Below, piece by piece: positions 38,703 through 46,486 of a stretch of DNA of 64,000 bases. Below the pieces are notes generated by a model, which was given only the letters and a program-made list of their open reading frames with translations, was not told the DNA's origin and did not search any database. Made by a program: the position numbers and the translations under genes. Location of the stretch: the IMG/VR virus record IMGVR_UViG_3300027851_000021, positions 2,308-66,307 of that record, one strand, 5' to 3'. Source of the stretch: a virus. Numbering within the stretch: position 1 is the first letter of the stretch; each line of letters opens with the position of its first letter.

Positions 38703-40166
38703 TCACGTTGGTGGCGCATCGCCTAATACTTCCCTACTACGATCAACGTTGCCACTCATAATTTCTAACTGCCTTTTCATAAGCACGTTATCATGAATGA
38801 CATAATAGATCATAACATCCTCAGTAATACCTAAACGATGCAAACGATCTTCAGCTTGGTAATTATGATCTTGATCCCATTCGAAACCGATCATAAAGCC
38901 ATAAGATGCTTTGGTCAGATTAAATGAAGTAGCGAATTGCGTTGAACACAATATAATGCCTTTATCTGCACATTTCCATGAATCAATTACCTTTTGGACC
39001 TTAACAGAATCCATACCTCCACGAAGCTCGAAGACAGTATGCTTTAACTCAGACTGAATGAACTCCTTGAAGAAAGGAAATGCAGCTGGAAACGGACAGA
39101 ATATAACAGTGTGCTTAACTTCTTGGTCTTCTATAAATTCAGTAACCGCGCGGAGACTAGAACCCACATCCAAAGTAGGATCAAGCAGCTTAGGACATAC
39201 AAAAAGTTGCCTACAACGGAGCTGATTTGTTGCTTGAATGGCTGAAAGTAAAAAAGAACCATCAGCGCGCCCAAGGATACCAGTAGTATCAATCTGTTCA
39301 TAAACTCTTCGTTCGTCATCAGACATCTCCACATAAAACTTAATACGGTGCTTAGCAGGCATATCTCCAGACTTTAAACGCCGAATCATTATAGTGGACA
39401 AAATCTCTTTGAGTTCATCCATATTCTTATTACCCATATTTTCTTTACCATACGAACCATCTTCGATAATACAGAAATGGTTAAGAAACTGCCAATATGA
39501 AGGGAATCTATCAGGATATAATAAGAACAAATAACCATACATATGCTCCACACCTTTAGAGACTGGAGTTCCTGTAATAATATACATGTCTGTCGATTGA
39601 AATTCCGTGAGCAGATTGAACACTAGCGTTTTACGATTCCTGGCTACTTTATGAGCTTCGTCAGGCATTATTAAATCCCAATTGCGTGGGATTATATCTT
39701 GATCTTCAAGTAATACCTTATAGGTACAAACGTAGATACATTCTTGGCTTTTAACCTTTTTCCAAAGCTCTGCACGTTTCTTCTTATTACCTTCAACGAT
39801 AACAAGCCGATCAAATAGTTCTGGGAACCATAATTTAACTTCTTTGCGCCAAATAGATAATGCGGATTTTGTACAAGGAATAAAAGTACGTTTTAAAAGA
39901 GAACCTCGCAGATAAGCTGAAGCTAAGGCAGTAAGAGTTTTACCTAGCCCCATCTTATCCGCAAGCAACACACGATGATGAGTTGTTAGAAATTTTATGC
40001 CTTCAATTTGCGTTGGCTGTACTGATGCTTTGGGATCCGTCAACTGAATTATTTCGTTGAGCCTCAATACGAGATTTGCAATCTGGGCATCGTCTACAGA
40101 GTTCAGCAAGGTTAGTCTCCACGTTAATGCAGGATGGAATATGTTTCCACTGTTCTGCGTATGCAA
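38703..40166 (-). CDS. SNF2-like SF2 helicase
   Basis: DKMGLGKT, DEAH, TGTP, QAEDRLHRLG; true start probably downstream of 40166. Confidence 0.88.
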   Translation of the reverse strand: MHTQNSGNIFHPALTWRLTLLNSVDDAQIANLVLRLNEIIQLTDPKASVQPTQIEGIKFLTTHHRVLLADKMGLGKTLTALASAYLRGSLLKRTFIPCTKSALSIWRKEVKLWFPELFDRLVIVEGNKKKRAELWKKVKSQECIYVCTYKVLLEDQDIIPRNWDLIMPDEAHKVARNRKTLVFNLLTEFQSTDMYIITGTPVSKGVEHMYGYLFLLYPDRFPSYWQFLNHFCIIEDGSYGKENMGNKNMDELKEILSTIMIRRLKSGDMPAKHRIKFYVEMSDDERRVYEQIDTTGILGRADGSFLLSAIQATNQLRCRQLFVCPKLLDPTLDVGSSLRAVTEFIEDQEVKHTVIFCPFPAAFPFFKEFIQSELKHTVFELRGGMDSVKVQKVIDSWKCADKGIILCSTQFATSFNLTKASYGFMIGFEWDQDHNYQAEDRLHRLGITEDVMIYYVIHDNVLMKRQLEIMSGNVDRSREVLGDAPPT

Positions 40167-40404
40167 TTAATTGTTCGTTAGTTGTTTCGGTAGCAGAATG
40201 ATGTCTATATCCTCTAGATATCATTTCCGCTACTAAGGCATCATGACGAGTCTTTAAACTGAGAATGTCTAATAAACCATCACGTAGATAACCTCCGACG
40301 CTAATATTCTTTTTTAATGTACCTAAGAACATATGATGTTCTACATGCTCTCCCAAAAGGTGCTTACGGCATAGTAATTTAGGCTCTACCATCCACTGTC
40401 TCAT
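40003..40404 (-). CDS. pyrimidine-dimer DNA glycosylase-like protein (DenV-like)
   Basis: MRQWMVEPKLLCRKHLLGEH.EHH...RHDALVAEM..RGY.H. Confidence 0.7.
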   Translation of the reverse strand: MRQWMVEPKLLCRKHLLGEHVEHHMFLGTLKKNISVGGYLRDGLLDILSLKTRHDALVAEMISRGYRHHSATETTNEQLIAYAEQWKHIPSCINVETNLAELCRRCPDCKSRIEAQRNNSVDGSQSISTANAN

Positions 40405-40717
40405 TTTGTGTTTCCTTTGCAATGCGTTGAAAACATTCTTGTAACGCTTCAATCGGTGTGTCATGCTCTTCTGTCCATACACGTCTAGGATTCTTAGATC
40501 TACCAGATCCTCCAAAAGCATCATCTGTATTAACCATATGGCAGAACCATAAAAGATGTACAGGTGATTGGCCCATTTCTAATACAAACCATCCTTCCGG
40601 AATAATCGGAAAATGTGGACCTAATTCTGGTGCTATCTGAACCTTCGGAACATCAGCCACACCAACATGATTCTTCCCATTCTTACAGCTGTACCATAAT
40701 TTTTTAATACAGTTCAT
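40379..40717 (-). CDS. hypothetical protein
   Basis: ORF in a tightly packed operon. Confidence 0.55.
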   Translation of the reverse strand: MNCIKKLWYSCKNGKNHVGVADVPKVQIAPELGPHFPIIPEGWFVLEMGQSPVHLLWFCHMVNTDDAFGGSGRSKNPRRVWTEEHDTPIEALQECFQRIAKETQNETVDGRA

Positions 40718-40718
40718 A

Positions 40719-41159
40719 TTAGAAATCTCCTGGAGCTACTTGTAAGCATGTATAACCTTCTTTACGCCACATATTTACTACCTTTTGACGATCCTCAAAG
40801 ATAGCAATTACCTTATCACCAGGATACATAGATTCAACAGCACGTAACATTTCCAATTTAATAATGCAATCATCTCGATGATCCATTCCTGGACGCATCA
40901 TTAATGTGCCAAATGGAATATTATGCTTTTTAAGCCATAAAACAGTTTGTTTACGTACTACAGCACTACGCCCAGTAATGATATGACATTTTTGTCCTGC
41001 CATACTTAAAGCATGCATAATTTCTACAACACCGTGATGAATTGTATCATCAACACATGCCTTATTCCAAGCTACCCAATCTTTCTTACCTTCTTTAGGT
41101 AAATAATGCTGGCGATGCTCATTTAATGCAATAGTACCGTCTAAATCAAATATATACAT
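40719..41159 (-). CDS. HAD phosphatase (polynucleotide kinase-phosphatase type domain)
   Basis: FDLDGT, TGR, MR..MDHRDD..IK, FEDR..VV.MWR..G..CLQVA.G. Confidence 0.85.
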   Translation of the reverse strand: MYIFDLDGTIALNEHRQHYLPKEGKKDWVAWNKACVDDTIHHGVVEIMHALSMAGQKCHIITGRSAVVRKQTVLWLKKHNIPFGTLMMRPGMDHRDDCIIKLEMLRAVESMYPGDKVIAIFEDRQKVVNMWRKEGYTCLQVAPGDF

Positions 41160-41167
41160 GTTGTCTC

Positions 41168-41848
41168 CTATTTAATGTCTGCTTCTTTAGGTCTTGCTAC
41201 AGGCTTTTGCCATTCGCCAGAATCAATCATTTGCGCACGAAGCTTTTGGTATGACATTCCCATCTCCTCCGCCAAGGCCGCCGCCTGAATAGACTTTCCA
41301 GTTTTAGGGTGGGTAACCCATTTGGTATCTTTCTTATTACGAGCCTGAGTCTTATCATCTGCCCACCTGACATTACTCGGCTCATAATGGCCAAACGGAT
41401 CGACGCGATCAAGAGAGTGCTCTTTAGGTCTAGGCCCCATATCGGCAAAGAAGTTTTCGAAGCAGGCTCGCCAAGATTCACACATAGTGATTCCTTTAGC
41501 TCCGTATGAACCATATGAAGGATGGTCTGGATTGTGACACCTATTTTTTGCATCCCACCATGTATGATATTCCCTAGGGAATTTAGTTCCGAGTGTAACT
41601 TCACGTTGACATCCACAATGTTTCTTAGGATTAGTCTTATTTATTAAACTGTTATGACCTACTTTGATTTCCTTATTGCAAGGCTTACCATCTACTAATC
41701 CAGTACAGCGACAATGCCATTTTGGACGTTTACCTTTTGGAGTATAGTTTTCCTTTTTGAGGACATATAAGAATCCTACAAATGTACCTCTTAGATTAGT
41801 CAGTCCACTTTTTAAAGTGCGTGTCTTTACTTCCATCGTATTCCCCAA
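41168..41848 (-). CDS. HNH homing endonuclease
   Basis: RCHNP...YGAKGI..C..W, F.ADMGPRP..SLDR.D..G.YEPSN.RWA...QARN. Confidence 0.85.
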   Translation of the reverse strand: MGNTMEVKTRTLKSGLTNLRGTFVGFLYVLKKENYTPKGKRPKWHCRCTGLVDGKPCNKEIKVGHNSLINKTNPKKHCGCQREVTLGTKFPREYHTWWDAKNRCHNPDHPSYGSYGAKGITMCESWRACFENFFADMGPRPKEHSLDRVDPFGHYEPSNVRWADDKTQARNKKDTKWVTHPKTGKSIQAAALAEEMGMSYQKLRAQMIDSGEWQKPVARPKEADIK

Positions 41849-41960
41849 TTAGTACGCTCCACAGATGGGCTTAAAGGCGCTGCATCCTGTTTATTCAGGT
41901 ATGGTTTACTTCTAGAAGGGGGAGATTCCTATAAAGTAAGAGCCGGAGCGAAACTTGTTC

Positions 41961-42890
41961 TTATGTTGTAATATCCTCTGGAGCACGTTTCCCTACGTAC
42001 TTTGGAAATCTCGGTAAAGTATACCCACCGTAATCAAACCATTGATAGCGGATAGTTACACCTAACCAGGCTTCTTTATTTTCCCAGACAGATTTCCTAA
42101 ATGCATCATCCATAGTACCTTCGATACCACCACCAACTGAAAATTCTCTGCCGTCTTCATCCCTAACAAGGAAAGCACCGAGAGTATTCTTTGGCACCAT
42201 AAACTCCTTGTTCGAAGCCCTTTGTTGAAGACCCCGTTCATTGATATATGGCGGATTATTATTCTGCATTTGTTCGGAAAATCCAACCACTACAGCATCA
42301 TCCCGTTTTTCGTGGCCGCGTTTTAACTTAAGAAGGATCTGCTCATTTAAAGTACTACGATCCCATTTATATCTTCCCATTGGACTACGCAACATCGCGC
42401 CTTCGAAGCCACGTTGTAAGATGTCCTTTTCGTACTCTAGTAACTCATTGATATTATTGATCAATTCATGAGGAACTAGACGCACATACGGAAGATTACA
42501 ATTTTCGATACGTCTTTTAAGTTCCGCATAACGTTCTTTAAAAGGTATTTCATGTGGAATATCTTGGAGATCAAATGCCTGCAAGATAATATCATAAACA
42601 CCTTCTCTAGCTTGTACAGCAGAAGTAGCCTTAGAGAATCCAGTAGCACTAGCCCCATCACCAACTACAAGCTCTTGGTCAAAACCTATTAAAGCTGGAT
42701 GGCTAATAAGTTTATTGGAGTGCAGGTTATTAACGGGCTTAAGAGATGATGTTACAGCTTTTCCGCCTCTATTTAGAATGCGGAAGCCATCATACTTAGG
42801 CGATACATATAAAGGGAACTTAAGCTTAGGTAGAAAGCTATCAGGAATCCCCTTAGAAGGAGCCTTACAAGGTCTAAAGGTTGTCGCCAT
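41961..42890 (-). CDS. ATP-dependent DNA ligase
   Basis: SPKYDGFR, EGAMLR, LKLK, LGAF, PRFP. Confidence 0.9.
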   Translation of the reverse strand: MATTFRPCKAPSKGIPDSFLPKLKFPLYVSPKYDGFRILNRGGKAVTSSLKPVNNLHSNKLISHPALIGFDQELVVGDGASATGFSKATSAVQAREGVYDIILQAFDLQDIPHEIPFKERYAELKRRIENCNLPYVRLVPHELINNINELLEYEKDILQRGFEGAMLRSPMGRYKWDRSTLNEQILLKLKRGHEKRDDAVVVGFSEQMQNNNPPYINERGLQQRASNKEFMVPKNTLGAFLVRDEDGREFSVGGGIEGTMDDAFRKSVWENKEAWLGVTIRYQWFDYGGYTLPRFPKYVGKRAPEDITT

Positions 42891-43992
42891 TGATTTCAGC
42901 CTCGCTTAGTGCTAGAGGAATTGTATCTACATTATCCACTTTAGTTACCTTCTGTGGATTAGGACTTACTGTAAACTTAGACGTATCCACAAAAGCATAT
43001 GGACCATCGATCAAAGCAAAACCACCGAATTTATCTACAGCGTTCTTAGCCATCTGTAAGATTATTTCTTTAGTCTTTTGTCTTTCTGATGTGGGCTTAT
43101 TATTTACCGTATTAATTCCTTTTAGATTTACCGTTTTATGTTGCATTATTTTCTCCCGCAAGCATTAGTTAGTTTATCAAATTCCTTCGCTTCAGCCTCT
43201 GTACGAAATAAATAACAATGTCCGATATTTAAAGGTACATAACGAAACTCAAAATGTAATTGTTCTTGAATAACATGTGCTTTCGCATTATGCTCTTCAC
43301 GCTGTTCTTTAGTTAAAATACGTATGAACGTAAATTCTTTAACGTATTCTAAATATAACGATTGCATTGTTCCTTGTTCAGCACTCATTTTAAAATCTCC
43401 CCTGTAGCTGATATTTGTCCACCACGTTTTAAAGCTCCCAGATAATTATCTACCTGACAGACAGAAGCGCGATTACATTTATATCTTACCAGCCAATCTT
43501 TTAAAAGTTCCAATTTAGCAGCAGTAGAAGTACCTTTCAGTACATTTATTCTAAATTGCTGCCAATCATAATTATTCACGCAATACTTAATAACCTCGTA
43601 TCGCGAGACATAACATATTTCTCGTTCCCATTTTTGCATATTAATCTCCCTTTGCAATATAAATATTATAGTGGAAATCAAAAGGGAAATCAAGAAGAAT
43701 CTTATGGTCTTTTAATCGGCATTGAATGGGGAATAAACATAGTGGTGAAACAATGGTTCCGTCGTTCCCAATCGGACAGATTCCTTACAGCATAGTTAAA
43801 TGCATTGGAAGTGATTCTACTCCATTCGGTATTAGGATGTTGATATGCGACTGCATAATGTACTTGTTGATCATGAAATGCCTTCTCGATACTTACGTAT
43901 GCATCTAAGATGTAGTTGCGGGCTTCTAATTCAACTTTGGTGCGTTCGGGTCTAGTTCTAGTTGCATTATGCCATATAACAATTAGCTGCAT
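42874..43992 (-). CDS. four small hypothetical genes (42874-43161, 43146-43388, 43385-~43640, 43702-43992)
   Basis: Co-oriented, closely spaced ORFs; no recognisable motifs. Confidence 0.5.
43665..43693 (-). promoter_or_regulatory. sigma70-like promoter
   Basis: GACCATAAGATTCTTC-TTGATT-N17-TATAAT on the - strand. Confidence 0.75.
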
Positions 43993-44013
43993 GATTCCCC
44001 CAAAATGAAAATT

Positions 44014-44126
44014 CCGACAGACGGATACTACACAAATCTAAACCGGTGAGCCTATAAATGTTTCCAGGGTGAAGCCTAAGGCTGTGCTGGATACAATGTG
44101 TAATGACTCATCGCGGCGTCTGTCGG
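44014..44126 (-). ncRNA. candidate structured intergenic RNA
   Basis: Perfect 10-bp closing stem CCGACAGACG/CGTCTGTCGG, nested TACACA/TGTGTA stem and two inner hairpins. Confidence 0.45.
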
Positions 44127-44182
44127 CTAGATAACCCCCTTGTTCTGATGGAGGAGGTTATCAGGTCGAAAGACTTTAGCGA

Positions 44183-44392
44183 TTACTCGCCTTCAGTACC
44201 ATCGTCTTCTTCGTCATCGCCTTCTGGCTCAACACCATCGTCGTCTTCGGAAGGTTCATCAAGTTCAACTTCAGAAGGAACTTCAGGATTTTCATCAACA
44301 GCGACAGTACCTTCTGGTAAGTCAACCGCAACATCAGTTACAGTAGCTTCTACAGATGTGTTAACTGGCAGTTCTTGTGTTTGGTCGTTCAT
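44183..44392 (-). CDS. very acidic 69-aa protein
   Basis: AAGGA RBS; D/E-rich, no K or R. Confidence 0.6.
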   Translation of the reverse strand: MNDQTQELPVNTSVEATVTDVAVDLPEGTVAVDENPEVPSEVELDEPSEDDDGVEPEGDDEEDDGTEGE

Positions 44393-44456
44393 TTTAATTT
44401 CCTTTGTTAGTAGGTTACATTGAGTAGGTTAGTTTACGCAGTACACCCTTTCGGGA

Positions 44457-44756
44457 TTAGTATTCAGTAACATTCGTGAACTCACCATTCGTGAGCCAAT
44501 AAGCGTTACCGCAATTTGCTTTAGGAGTAGCCGGAGTGACTGTGGGCGTCACCTTGTTACCGTCCCACACATACATGGGATTAGCATCGCTTTTAAAAGA
44601 TAATCGGGTAAGATCTCCACAACCACAAGGACACATAAAGACCATCCCAGTATTAACATAACCAACGTGGTTGTCTTCATCTCTTACGCGTTCCTCTATA
44701 AAGTGAAATTGGCCAGCTTCTTTTAAAGGTGGTGTTTTATAGCTAGCTATCGTCAT
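44457..44756 (-). CDS. DUF6527-like protein (second copy)
   Basis: FMCPCGCG...WDG...PTVTP....C...YWLTNG. Confidence 0.65.
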   Translation of the reverse strand: MTIASYKTPPLKEAGQFHFIEERVRDEDNHVGYVNTGMVFMCPCGCGDLTRLSFKSDANPMYVWDGNKVTPTVTPATPKANCGNAYWLTNGEFTNVTEY

Positions 44757-45090
44757 GTTTCTTTACTCCGCCTTCAATAGTAGCTGTCATACCATCAGCT
44801 ACAAGCTTTTCTACCTTAGCAATTTCTTCATCCAAATAGAACCTGGATTTCTTAAGTTCTTGCAGATAGCTATTGTCAGCTTTCTTTCCTCCACGTAGAA
44901 GGTATTTAAGAATATTAAACAGGTATGCATTAACTTCAAAGCCCCAAGCTTTAATAACCGCTAAGGCATCAATATACATTTCACCGGTTTTTTCATCACG
45001 GTATACAATGGATAAAGGATATGTACATAAATAATGTCTTGGACTATTTACTACATCATTCGGTGGTAATGTTTTTACTATTGTTCCCAT
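44743..45090 (-). CDS. DUF3310-like protein
   Basis: DVVNSPRHY...NILKYLLR.GKK...LKKSRFYL; start at 45090 with GGAG RBS. Confidence 0.72.
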   Translation of the reverse strand: MGTIVKTLPPNDVVNSPRHYLCTYPLSIVYRDEKTGEMYIDALAVIKAWGFEVNAYLFNILKYLLRGGKKADNSYLQELKKSRFYLDEEIAKVEKLVADGMTATIEGGVKKHDDS

Positions 45091-45634
45091 TTGGGTCTCC
45101 TTTAGGTTGATATGAACAGGTTTTAGGATTGAAATACGTGAACAGCATCCAATAGATTCCATGTCGGATAGCATCGCGTGCGTGTTTTTGACCACGTATC
45201 CATAAGTTCCATGCTTTGAGCTTTTCATCGTCACAAAAGCCTTTAGCTTGACTAGCCATTTGTTTGTCATAGTTAAGTTTCCTTTGTTTACATAGAACCT
45301 TAATAACCCCAATTACTTGTGCTGTCACTAATTCGGAATTACTATGATCAGTTGCTTTATGTGCATAGACTAAGTAATTTTCGAATATTACGTGATCTGG
45401 ACTATAATCAGTTAAAGCTTGGTTAATTATATCGAAAGCAGTCTCTGCATCCTTTGTATTTAATTGTCCTGCTACGACCATCGAAGGAGCTCTTCCAAGC
45501 CCCTCTCCACGGAAGACGGCGAATCCAGTAGTTTGTCCTGGATCGAGACATAAAACGGTATCTGCAAAATAAGTTCTACCTTTCTTTACACGAGTAGGAT
45601 CACTGAAGAGTTGTTCTAGGGATGGAATTAGCAT
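45056..45634 (-). CDS. RuvC-like Holliday junction resolvase
   Basis: LDPGQTTGFA, VIFE, HARDAIRH. Confidence 0.75.
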   Translation of the reverse strand: MLIPSLEQLFSDPTRVKKGRTYFADTVLCLDPGQTTGFAVFRGEGLGRAPSMVVAGQLNTKDAETAFDIINQALTDYSPDHVIFENYLVYAHKATDHSNSELVTAQVIGVIKVLCKQRKLNYDKQMASQAKGFCDDEKLKAWNLWIRGQKHARDAIRHGIYWMLFTYFNPKTCSYQPKGDPNGNNSKNITTE

Positions 45635-45953
45635 TAAAGAACACCGCTTTCGGTTCGACGTTAGTACGATAGTCATCTAGTATGTTCTGCATGTTACTAA
45701 AAATAGTATTCTGCTGTTCTTCTAGCTCTTCCATTAATTCTTCAAGGCTTTGTACTTCAATGAATCCTATAGGTGTACGATTTATATGATATACACATTC
45801 CTCTAACGGAATAAAATCTTTTAAGGTATCTTGCTTAATATGGTGATTATACCAGTTTGTAATTTCTTCTAAGGTCTTACAATAACCTACTAATTCTGTT
45901 TCGTTATTCCCTGCAATTACTTCACGGCGTTTTAAAAATAATCCAACTAACAT
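45600..45953 (-). CDS. hypothetical protein
   Basis: ORF with GGAGG RBS. Confidence 0.55.
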   Translation of the reverse strand: MLVGLFLKRREVIAGNNETELVGYCKTLEEITNWYNHHIKQDTLKDFIPLEECVYHINRTPIGFIEVQSLEELMEELEEQQNTIFSNMQNILDDYRTNVEPKAVFFNANSIPRTTLQ

Positions 45954-45978
45954 GTTACCTCCCGAAATTAAAGAATAA

Positions 45979-46012
45979 AGAAGAGGTTGACTTTACTCAA
46001 CCCCTTCTTCTT
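45979..46012 (-). terminator. intrinsic terminator
   Basis: AGAAGAGGTTGA-loop-TCAACCCCTTCT hairpin with a U-rich tail on the - strand. Confidence 0.6.
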
Positions 46013-46051
46013 ACTCTTTAGACGATGCGCTGTGCACCATCTATAAGTAAC

Positions 46052-46369
46052 CTACTCAGCAGCTACGTCTTCTGCAGGAGCTTCAGCAACAGCTTCAACA
46101 GCGGCTGGAACTTCTTTAGGAGTTTTGGTAGCAGCGAATACGATTTGGTATGGAACTACGTGACCGAATTGTTCAGCGAGTTCTTTTACGATTGTTGAAC
46201 GGGATTGTGGACCGAGTTCAATAAAGCGTGCTTTAATGAAATCTGCACGAGCGATTGTTTCGCCAGTAGAGATATTGGTGATCATAATTTTTTTACCGCG
46301 AGCCGCTGGAGCTGCAACAGCACCTTCAGTTACTTCAGTAGATACTTCTGCGTTTTGTTTCTTAGCCAT
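46052..46369 (-). CDS. small putative DNA-binding protein with its own promoter and terminator
   Basis: Strong RBS; HTH-like SRSTIVKEL...VPYQIVF; Ala-rich ends. Confidence 0.55.
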   Translation of the reverse strand: MAKKQNAEVSTEVTEGAVAAPAARGKKIMITNISTGETIARADFIKARFIELGPQSRSTIVKELAEQFGHVVPYQIVFAATKTPKEVPAAVEAVAEAPAEDVAAE

Positions 46370-46427
46370 GGTATAGTCTCCTTTTAAATGTTGAAATCGT
46401 AATCCTTATTAATCAGCTTACTTATAT

Positions 46428-46456
46428 AGTATAATACAACCAAAAGCAGAAATCAA
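46428..46456 (-). promoter_or_regulatory. sigma70-like promoter
   Basis: GACCATAAAATTCCTC-TTGATT-N17-TATACT. Confidence 0.72.
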
Positions 46457-46486
46457 GAGGAATTTTATGGTCGTCTCGATTTATTT

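Noticed and set aside
41168-41960. Group I intron carrying the HNH gene
   Set aside because: Both flanking genes look complete and I could not identify intron core elements
44103-44423. Ser-rich + strand ORF and other antisense ORFs in the track
   Set aside because: Shadow frames of genes on the opposite strand, lacking RBS or motif support
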